A stretch of 32,000 nucleotides of DNA from Candidatus Saccharimonadota bacterium (GTDB taxonomy: Bacteria; Patescibacteriota; Gracilibacteria; UBA4473), in contig OY781871.1 of the NCBI GenBank assembly GCA_963677105.1, positions 840,001 to 872,000 of the forward strand, given 5' to 3'. The position numbers and the translations under genes were made by a program. Under the pieces are notes generated by a model. It had not been told where the DNA came from and ran no database searches. It worked only from the letters and a program-made list of their open reading frames with translations. Numbering within the stretch: the first letter of the stretch is position 1; the number at the start of each line of letters is the position of its first letter. Below, in pieces: positions 17,626 to 24,326 of this stretch.

Positions 17626-18249
17626 ATGAGAAATAAAAACCAACAGAAGGGGTTTACCCTTATCGAGTTGCTGGTGGTGATCGTGATTCTCGGAATCTTG
17701 TCAACGATCTCAGTAGGAACATTCCGATCGTACTTCGCAAAAGCACGAGATTCAGAGCGAGTATCAACGGTACAAAATTTAGCGATGATGATGAAAGTAG
17801 ACTCTGGAGGACATGGAGATTGTACAGTGTATAATTATAAAGGGAATGGTGCAGGGTGTGCAACAACAGGTGTGGGTGTATTAGATACTGTACTGAAAGC
17901 GTTATTGACAAATAATGATTACTCAATGCCCGAAGCGAAAAACGGATTAGTTTATCATTATGCATTTTATGAAGGAGATACGGAAGGAGATAATGAATTT
18001 TTTGTTATGGTTGGGGCAGAAGAAGATAATCCACAAAATGGAAAACAATCTGGTGCAGGAGAATATATTTTTGTAGATGGAACAACAAAGGGAATTGCTT
18101 CGGCTACAAAAGGCGAAGCAACTGCTACGGGAACGGATCCAGGAGGTTGTACTATTGTGAGTGGGGCACCAACGTGTTTTACTAATTGGTCAACATATAC
18201 TATTAATTCAGATGGCGAATTGACGCTTCTCGTGGCAGCAACAACATAG
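17626..18249 (+). CDS. type IV pilin-like protein, paralog 3
   Basis: True start is ATG 17626 (MRNKNQQKG|FTLIELL), by homology with paralogs 1 and 2. The track's TTG 17551 reads through the promoter region. 207 aa with 4 Cys. Confidence 0.9.
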   Translation: MRNKNQQKGFTLIELLVVIVILGILSTISVGTFRSYFAKARDSERVSTVQNLAMMMKVDSGGHGDCTVYNYKGNGAGCATTGVGVLDTVLKALLTNNDYSMPEAKNGLVYHYAFYEGDTEGDNEFFVMVGAEEDNPQNGKQSGAGEYIFVDGTTKGIASATKGEATATGTDPGGCTIVSGAPTCFTNWSTYTINSDGELTLLVAATT

Positions 18250-18263
18250 AATATTATTTAATA

Positions 18264-18296
18264 AAAAAAACTTCCTCGAAAGAGGAAGTTTTTTTA
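18264..18296 (+). terminator. rho-independent terminator of cassette 3
   Basis: AAAAAAAACTTCCTC-GAAA-GAGGAAGTTTTTTT forms a perfect 9-bp stem with flanking A-run and T-run. Confidence 0.8.
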
Positions 18297-18335
18297 TTAG
18301 GAATAAAATTAAACACAGGTTCTAAAATATGTAAG

Positions 18336-18364
18336 TTGTAATTTTACTTATTTGTATTTATAGT
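18336..18364 (+). promoter_or_regulatory. putative promoter of pilin cassette 4 (TTGTAA-N17-TATAGT)
   Basis: Good sigma70-like spacing and a good -10 box. The sequence is unrelated to the promoters of cassettes 1-3. Confidence 0.45.
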
Positions 18365-18386
18365 GTGAAAGTATAAAAACATTCAG

Positions 18387-19085
18387 ATGAAACACGTATT
18401 AAAAAAATCAGGTTTCACGCTAATAGAATTACTTGTTGTAATTGTTATTTTAGGAATCTTATCAACGATATCCGTTGGTACATTCCGATCATATTTCGCG
18501 AAAGCTCGAGATGCGGAACGAGTATCAGCGGTTCAGAATATGGCGATGATGATTAAAGTAGATTCTGGTGGAGCAGGAGATTGTACAGTTTATAATTATA
18601 CAGACGATACTATTTTTCCAGATGGTTCAACTTGTCCAGATGCTTCATATTTGGCTTTTGGTCAGTTATTGAATAGTAATGATTTTAAAATGCCGAATTC
18701 AAAAAATGGATTAAACTACCATTATGCATTTTTGCCGGGAGCGACAGAAGGAGATAATGATTTCTTTATCGCCGTTGGAGCAGAAGAAAGTAATGCTGCT
18801 AATGGAATATTACAAGATGCTGGTACGGGGTTTTCTATTTTTGCAGATGGAACATCAGCTGGAATAGATATTGCACCTACTTGTATATGGACGAATGGAA
18901 ATTTAGTTAGTTGTGCGAATGTTGTAGAGGGAGCAGTAACAAGAGTATGGGAATTTCAAGCATTAACTGCAGGACTAAATGGTTGTTGGATTGGTAATTG
19001 TGTGGGTTGTACGGGAACCACAACGCAGTATTGTGTAGATGTTGGATGTAGTACAAGTGGTACTGATTGTGTAGATCCGGTGTAA
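18387..19085 (+). CDS. type IV pilin-like protein, paralog 4 (divergent leader, Cys-rich C-terminal module)
   Basis: MKHVLKKSG|FTLIELLVVIVILGILSTISVGTFRSYFAKARD shares the same 34 aa as paralog 1 but with different codons. The core blocks are conserved (DSGGAGDCTVYNY, KNGLNYHYAF, TEGDNDFF). Total of 10 Cys. No terminator follows, and its TAA stop overlaps the next ATG (TAATG). Confidence 0.9.
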   Translation: MKHVLKKSGFTLIELLVVIVILGILSTISVGTFRSYFAKARDAERVSAVQNMAMMIKVDSGGAGDCTVYNYTDDTIFPDGSTCPDASYLAFGQLLNSNDFKMPNSKNGLNYHYAFLPGATEGDNDFFIAVGAEESNAANGILQDAGTGFSIFADGTSAGIDIAPTCIWTNGNLVSCANVVEGAVTRVWEFQALTAGLNGCWIGNCVGCTGTTTQYCVDVGCSTSGTDCVDPV

Positions 19086-19939
19086 TGTCAAAAAAATGGA
19101 TTTGGTTGCGAGTAAGTCAAATATTATTAGACACATTAATTGTGTGGGGAATGTTTCTGCTTGCATACTTTGTGCGAGTACATTGGATATTTTCAACAGA
19201 TTTCCCATTTACATTATTTGCATTGCTTTCTGGTGCAGCAACGCTTGTATGGATCGCGTTTCTCGCGTTTGTAAAAGCATATCGACTTCCACCACGTTCA
19301 GGAGTGCGTTCGTGGTATGATATCGTTTTAATTATCGCTGGAGGAATTATTGCCGTTGGATTTTTAATTGTTTCGTACTTCTTTCCCCGCGAAATATTAT
19401 TTTCTCGTTTAATTGGAGTATATGCGTTCTTATTCGGTGCATTGTGGCTTATTTGTTCACAAAAGATATTTCGATTTTTTCTGGGACGATCAAAGAAAGC
19501 CGGAAAAGGATATAAAACATTGATTATTGGTGCGAATCGCGTTTCAGAGCAATTTGTTTCTCGTGTAAAAGCAGATTCGTTTGCACCATTTCAAATTATG
19601 GGAGTGATTGATCCGTATGGTTTAGCGAAAAAATTTAAAGGAGCTTTATTACTCGGGAAACTTGATCAATTAGAAAAAGTTTGTGAACGAGAAAAAATTA
19701 CGGCGATTGTGCAATGTGACGCATTTGAGCACACTCTTTCGCTTGTTTCGTTTTGTGAAGAACATGATATCAAGTTTCAATTTTTGCCTTCATTGAGAGG
19801 TGTTTTTGAGGATAATTTACGATTACGTGAGATTGCTGGAGTTCGTGTAGGATCACTCGTTCAGCGAAATTATTCAGGAATTAAAAGAACAAAATTTCAT
19901 TTAATTGATTGGCTTTTGGGGCAGGTTTTAGATATTTAG
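19085..19939 (+). CDS. N-terminal fragment of a WbaP/EpsB-type polyprenyl-phosphate glycosyl-1-phosphate transferase (membrane + Rossmann-like domain; catalytic Bac_transf domain absent); possible pseudogene
   Basis: Four N-terminal TM helices are followed by YKTLIIGANRVSEQFVSRV...IMGVIDP...LLGKLDQLEKVCEREKITAIVQCD, which is the CoA_binding_3-like region of large PGTs. The ORF ends at ...GIKRTKFHLIDWLLGQVLDI*, where the KRxxDxxxxxxxL start of the catalytic domain normally begins. No continuation is found downstream in any frame. Confidence 0.6.
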   Translation: MSKKWIWLRVSQILLDTLIVWGMFLLAYFVRVHWIFSTDFPFTLFALLSGAATLVWIAFLAFVKAYRLPPRSGVRSWYDIVLIIAGGIIAVGFLIVSYFFPREILFSRLIGVYAFLFGALWLICSQKIFRFFLGRSKKAGKGYKTLIIGANRVSEQFVSRVKADSFAPFQIMGVIDPYGLAKKFKGALLLGKLDQLEKVCEREKITAIVQCDAFEHTLSLVSFCEEHDIKFQFLPSLRGVFEDNLRLREIAGVRVGSLVQRNYSGIKRTKFHLIDWLLGQVLDI

Positions 19940-19990
19940 TCGCTAGCGTTTCAATGTACAAATTACAAAGTGCAAAGTACAAAACTTTTC
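19940..19990 (+). repeat. head + tail repeat copy (TCGCTAGCGTT TCAATGTACAAATTACAAAGTGCAAAGTACAAAAC); its last 27 nt form the left arm of a perfect inverted repeat
   Basis: Starts 1 nt after the TAG stop at 19937-19939. 19964-19990, TACAAAGTGCAAAGTACAAAACTTTTC, is the exact reverse complement of 20511-20537. Confidence 0.85.
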
Positions 19991-20114
19991 ATGTCATTTC
20001 AAACTTGATTTGGAATATATTTGAAAAGTGAAAAATTTATTAAAATTTTTCCTGAAGAAAGTTTCTTTATGAAACTTGTTTTGCAATAAATATGTCATCT
20101 TTAATTTTTTAAAC

Positions 20115-20486
20115 ATGACTGATTCTTCAAAAAACATTCTCATTCAAAAAACATACGTTTTTGCGCTAAGAATAGTGAAACTTTCTCAATTTTTAATACA
20201 AGAAAAAAAAGAATATATCCTTTCAAAACAAATACTTCGTTCAGGAACTTCAATTGGAGCAAACACAGAAGAGTCTATGGGAGGACAATCTAAAAAAGAT
20301 TTTTTTTCAAAATTATCGATTGCATACAAAGAAGCTCGTGAAACAAAATATTGGCTGCATCTTTTACAAGACTCAAATTATATTTCATTTAATCAAGCCT
20401 CTTCAATTTTAAATGATTGTGAAGAAATTTTGAAAATTTTAGGGAAAACTCTTTCAACCATTCGCAAAAAACAGTCAATAAAATAA
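20115..20486 (+). CDS. four-helix-bundle protein of the 23S rRNA intervening-sequence protein / Avd-like family
   Basis: KTYVFALRIVKL....SKQILRSGTSIGANTEE......DFFSKLSIAYKEARETKYWLHLL is the characteristic pattern of the TIGR02436/PF05635-type family. ATG 20115 is preferred to the track's TTG 20076. Confidence 0.85.
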   Translation: MTDSSKNILIQKTYVFALRIVKLSQFLIQEKKEYILSKQILRSGTSIGANTEESMGGQSKKDFFSKLSIAYKEARETKYWLHLLQDSNYISFNQASSILNDCEEILKILGKTLSTIRKKQSIK

Positions 20487-20510
20487 AAATTTAACTAGAT
20501 TCCAAGACAG

Positions 20511-20545
20511 GAAAAGTTTTGTACTTTGCACTTTGTACACTGATA
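20511..20545 (-). repeat. repeat-family tail copy in reverse orientation; right arm of the 27-bp inverted repeat
   Basis: GAAAAGTTTTGTACTTTGCACTTTGTA (20511-20537) is the exact reverse complement of 19964-19990. It lies 14 nt downstream of the gyrB stop on the - strand. Confidence 0.85.
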
Positions 20546-20551
20546 TCTGAT

Positions 20552-22471
20552 TCAGATGTCTAGGTCTTGAACCTCAGAAGCGTGAGATTGGATAAATTTT
20601 CGACGAGGAAGTACATCATCTCCCATCAACACTTTAAATACATGATCAGCGCGTTCTGCGTCTGAAATGGTTACTTGTAAAAGAGTTCGATTTTCAGGAT
20701 TCATTGTAGTTTCCCAGAGTTGATCTGCATTCATTTCTCCCAAACCTTTATAACGTTGAATACTATCTCCTTTTATATCATGTTCAGTTGCAATTTTATC
20801 TCGTTCTTCTTCTGTTAGAGCGTACCAAACTTGTTTTCCTTTCGCTAGTTTAAACAAAGGTGGTTGTGCGATATAAATATGACCCGCTTCTACAAGCTGA
20901 GGAAAGTGACGGTAGAGGAATGTAAGCAATAATGTTCGAATATGAGCACCATCAACATCAGCGTCGGTCATGATCACAACTTTATGATATCGAAGTTTAT
21001 CAATATTGAATTCTTGTCCAATAGCCGTACCAAGAGCAATAATAAGGTTTTTAACCTCAGTATTTGCAAGCATTTTTTCGAGTCGACAGTTTTCTGTATT
21101 AAGAATTTTACCTCGTAAAGGCAAAATAGCTTGTGTACGACGATCTCGACCTTGTTTAGCAGTTCCACCAGCAGAATCTCCCTCAACAATGTATACTTCA
21201 CATTCAGAAGGATTTTTTGAACTACAGTCAGAAAGTTTTCCGGGAAGAGTAAGTCCTTCCAGTGCACCTTTTCGAATAACTGTATCACGAGCTGCACGAG
21301 CCGCAAGTCGAGCACGAGTTGCTAATGCGCATTTATTGATAATAGATTTCGCGTCATCTGGATTTTCTGCCAAATATTCCGTAAGTTTTTCTGAAACTAT
21401 TCGATCCACGGATCCTCGAACAGCAGAATTTCCCAACTTTGATTTTGTTTGTCCTTCAAATTGTGGTTCAGGAATTTTAACACTCACAACAGCAGTCAAT
21501 CCTTCATGAACATCATCATTTGTAAAATTGGGATCTTTGTCTTTTAGCAGACTATTATCACGGGCATATTTATTTAAAACACGAGTAAGTGCTGTATTAA
21601 ATCCTGTAACATGAGTTCCGCCTTCAATAGTTTGAATATTATTAGCAAAAGATTGAAGTGTCTCTCGAAACTGCATTGTGTATTGTAATGCAATTTCTAC
21701 AGAAATATTTTCTCGTTCTTCGTTTATAGCAATAACAGGAGAAATAGCGTCTTCTCCATTATTTATGTGACGAACAAAGGATTCAATTCCTCCTTCAAAA
21801 TAAAACTGACATACCTGTGGAATCCATTTTTTTTCTTCATCATTCCGTTCATCTCTAAATGTAATAGTTACACCACGAGTGAGGTATGCTTGCTGTCGTA
21901 TTCGTTTTTTAATAGCATCAAATTCAAAATCTAGTGTTTCAAAAATGGCAGGATCTGGCCAAAAATGAACTAATGTTCCTTGACGTGTTTGTTCTCCGAT
22001 TTTAGCCAAAGGTTCTGCTGGTGCTCCACTTTCAAATGCGACAAAGTATTTTCCTCCATCACGATCGACCGTTACTTCTGTACGGATAGAAAGAGCATTT
22101 ACAACACTTACTCCAACTCCATGAAGTCCTCCTGATACTTTATATCCACCACCACCAAATTTTCCACCAGCGTGAAGAACTGTCAAAACAGTTTCCACAG
22201 CAGAGATTCCAGTTTGTTTATGTTTTTCTACAGGAATTCCACGTCCATTATCTGCAACAGAACAACTTCCGTCTTCATGAATTGTTACTTCAATATGAGA
22301 ACAGTGTCCCGCCATTGCTTCATCAATTGCATTGTCTAAAACTTCCCAAATTAAGTGGTGTAAACCACGTACATCAGTAGATCCGATATACATTCCTGGT
22401 CGCTTTCGAACTGGATCAAGACCTTCGAGTACTTGAATCGAACTGGCATCGTATGTTGATTGTGTGTTCAT
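20552..22471 (-). CDS. gyrB: DNA gyrase subunit B
   Basis: Full-length GHKL ATPase (LEGLDPVRKRPGMYIGST, HHLIWEVLDNAIDE, GLHGVG), Toprim (EVYIVEGDSAGG, IMTDADVDGAHI) and a C-terminal tail. ATG 22471 (MNTQ...) is preferred to the TTG at 22483. Confidence 0.95.
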   Translation of the reverse strand: MNTQSTYDASSIQVLEGLDPVRKRPGMYIGSTDVRGLHHLIWEVLDNAIDEAMAGHCSHIEVTIHEDGSCSVADNGRGIPVEKHKQTGISAVETVLTVLHAGGKFGGGGYKVSGGLHGVGVSVVNALSIRTEVTVDRDGGKYFVAFESGAPAEPLAKIGEQTRQGTLVHFWPDPAIFETLDFEFDAIKKRIRQQAYLTRGVTITFRDERNDEEKKWIPQVCQFYFEGGIESFVRHINNGEDAISPVIAINEERENISVEIALQYTMQFRETLQSFANNIQTIEGGTHVTGFNTALTRVLNKYARDNSLLKDKDPNFTNDDVHEGLTAVVSVKIPEPQFEGQTKSKLGNSAVRGSVDRIVSEKLTEYLAENPDDAKSIINKCALATRARLAARAARDTVIRKGALEGLTLPGKLSDCSSKNPSECEVYIVEGDSAGGTAKQGRDRRTQAILPLRGKILNTENCRLEKMLANTEVKNLIIALGTAIGQEFNIDKLRYHKVVIMTDADVDGAHIRTLLLTFLYRHFPQLVEAGHIYIAQPPLFKLAKGKQVWYALTEEERDKIATEHDIKGDSIQRYKGLGEMNADQLWETTMNPENRTLLQVTISDAERADHVFKVLMGDDVLPRRKFIQSHASEVQDLDI

Positions 22472-22540
22472 ATGGGGTTCCAAAAATTGTGTCGCGAGAA
22501 TTGTACCGGTTTTAGATGTTTGAGCAAGAGAAAATAGGCA

Positions 22541-22582
22541 CTTCGTTTCAAATTACAAAGAGTAAAGAACAAAGTGCAAAAT
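22541..22582 (+). repeat. head + tail repeat copy (CTTCGTTTC AAATTACAAAGAGTAAAGAACAAAGTGCAAAA)
   Basis: Located in the gyrB/ybaB divergent spacer. Confidence 0.6.
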
Positions 22583-22607
22583 ATTGTTAAAATCTGCGCT
22601 TAATACA

Positions 22608-22646
22608 TTGTTATTTGTACTTTGGAGTGAAGCGAATTTCGCTTGG
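22608..22646 (-). repeat. head + tail repeat copy, reverse orientation
   Basis: The reverse complement reads CCAAGCGAAATTCGCTTCACTCCAAAGTACAAATAACAA. The head contains the AAGCGA-ATT-TCGCTT hairpin. Confidence 0.6.
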
Positions 22647-22697
22647 CAAAAAATATTTCATAAGTACACTTTCATTGAATTTTTAACTTTCAATAAA

Positions 22698-22997
22698 ATG
22701 GGAATGATGGGACAAATGGGCGATATGTATAAGCTTCAAAAAGAAGCAAAGAAAATAAAAAAAGAGCTTGGAAAAATCCATGTATTTGCTGAATCAGCAG
22801 GTGTAAAAGTTACCGTTAATTGTGAGCAAGAACTTCTTTCAGTTGAGTTTACAGATGAAACAGTTTTAACAGATTCTAAAAAATTAGAAAAAGCGATCCT
22901 AGATGCATCTAATCGTGCTATGAAAAAATCACAACAAGTTGCTGCAGAAAAGATGAAAGCAGTAATGGGTGGATTTCCTGGAATGGGAGGGAAGTAA
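22698..22997 (+). CDS. ybaB: YbaB/EbfC family nucleoid-associated DNA-binding protein
   Basis: From ATG 22698: MGMMGQMGDMYKLQKEAKKIKKELGKIHVFAESAGVKVTVNCEQELLSVEF...MGGFPGMGG, which is the typical YbaB pattern at about 99 aa. The track's upstream extension crosses repeat sequence. Confidence 0.85.
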   Translation: MGMMGQMGDMYKLQKEAKKIKKELGKIHVFAESAGVKVTVNCEQELLSVEFTDETVLTDSKKLEKAILDASNRAMKKSQQVAAEKMKAVMGGFPGMGGK

Positions 22998-23030
22998 TCA
23001 AATTACAAATTTCAAAGTACAAAGTTCAAA
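22998..23030 (+). repeat. tail-only repeat copy (TCAAATTACAAATTTCAAAGTACAAAGTTCAAA)
   Basis: Begins on the nucleotide after the ybaB TAA stop. Confidence 0.65.
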
Positions 23031-23046
23031 TATTTATATTTAATTT

Positions 23047-24021
23047 ATGAAGAAATTTCTCCTCTTATTATTGGTAGGTGTGACCTTGTTCATTTCAGCG
23101 CGATTAATGTTGTCTTGGTCTCGACCGAATTCAGATTCTGTGTCTCGAGTTTCAATAGAAATTCCTGTTGGATCATCATTATCAACAATTGCAGATCTTC
23201 TCGAAGATCGGGAATTAGTTCGTGATGGATGGTCGTTTAAATGGTTTATTCGTAGTAAAAAACTGGCTTCAAAATTGCAAGCAGGGGAATACATAATTCC
23301 ACGAAATTTAACATTTTCTGAGATTGCTGAAGTGCTTCAACATGGAAAAAGTTCTGAAATAAAAATCACGATTCCAGAAGGAAGCACAATTAATCAAATT
23401 GACGCGATTCTCGCGAAAAAGTCGCTTATAACACCTGGTGATTTTGTAGCGTGTACAAACTTTTGTGATTTAGGATTTCGTATTTCTTCTTTAGAAGGAT
23501 ATCTATTTCCGAGCACTTATTTTGAAAATCCAAAAACATTTACGAGTAAAAAATTTGTTCAAAGATTATACAATACTTTTCGGCAACAATCTGCTAAATT
23601 ACAGACAGAAATACAACAGTCAGGACGGACATTGAATGAAATAGTAATCGTTGCATCTATGATTGAGAGGGAAGCTTTTGGGGATAGTTTAGAGGAAAAA
23701 AGACAAATTGCAGATGTGATTTGGAAGCGATTAGATGAACGAATTCATTTAGGAATTGATGCGACAACGCGTTATGAATTAAACGAGTGGAAGCGACCGT
23801 TGTATACAGAGGATTTTGACTCAGATTCACTCTACAATACTCGGCGACATTTAGGATTACCACCAACGGCAATTTCAAACCCAGGAATGGATTCTTTGCG
23901 CGCGGCTGTTACGCCGATTTCAACAGAATATTACTATTATTTACACGACAACAATGGACAAGTTCATTTTGGACGCACGTTAGACGAACACAATGCCAAT
24001 AAACGCGCTTATTTGTATTGA
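23047..24021 (+). CDS. mltG: endolytic murein transglycosylase (YceG/MltG family)
   Basis: N-terminal TM helix, LysM-like IPVGSSLSTIADLL, LQAGEY, LEGYLFPSTY, ASMIEREA and YNTRRHLGLPPTAISNPG motifs. Confidence 0.9.
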   Translation: MKKFLLLLLVGVTLFISARLMLSWSRPNSDSVSRVSIEIPVGSSLSTIADLLEDRELVRDGWSFKWFIRSKKLASKLQAGEYIIPRNLTFSEIAEVLQHGKSSEIKITIPEGSTINQIDAILAKKSLITPGDFVACTNFCDLGFRISSLEGYLFPSTYFENPKTFTSKKFVQRLYNTFRQQSAKLQTEIQQSGRTLNEIVIVASMIEREAFGDSLEEKRQIADVIWKRLDERIHLGIDATTRYELNEWKRPLYTEDFDSDSLYNTRRHLGLPPTAISNPGMDSLRAAVTPISTEYYYYLHDNNGQVHFGRTLDEHNANKRAYLY

Positions 24022-24326
24022 TGATGGAAGGAGAAAGAATTGGTTATGAAAAATTTAATATTTCAAAAGAATATGAGAAAGCATTAAAAGATCAATTAGG
24101 AGAACAGGGATTTAATATAATTAAGGATTATTACATGAGTTTGTCTCAACAAGAAGATAAAGATTCTTTTTTGAAATCAATAATTGCGTTGCTTAATAAA
24201 CCCGAATTAATGGATGCTTTTTTGAGAGCGTTAAAAAATCCAGTATTGGAAGAATATGAAAAAGGAAGAAGTGCTTCCTTGAAAAAAATAGAAGAAATTT
24301 TATCTTTGCTGAAAACTGAAAATTAA
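24018..24326 (+). CDS. hypothetical small helical protein
   Basis: 102-aa ORF whose start overlaps the mltG stop (ATGA-type overlap). No family recognised. Confidence 0.5.
   Translation: MMMEGERIGYEKFNISKEYEKALKDQLGEQGFNIIKDYYMSLSQQEDKDSFLKSIIALLNKPELMDAFLRALKNPVLEEYEKGRSASLKKIEEILSLLKTEN

Noticed and set aside
15948-20486. Diversity-generating retroelement, considered because of the Avd-like four-helix-bundle gene next to variable C-terminal proteins
   Set aside because: The window has no reverse transcriptase ORF and no template/variable repeat pair. Differences among the pilin paralogs are not adenine-specific. Stand-alone members of this four-helix-bundle family are common.
21006-21509. 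167-aa + strand ORF inside gyrB
   Set aside because: It lies antisense to a confidently identified, motif-rich gyrB coding sequence.
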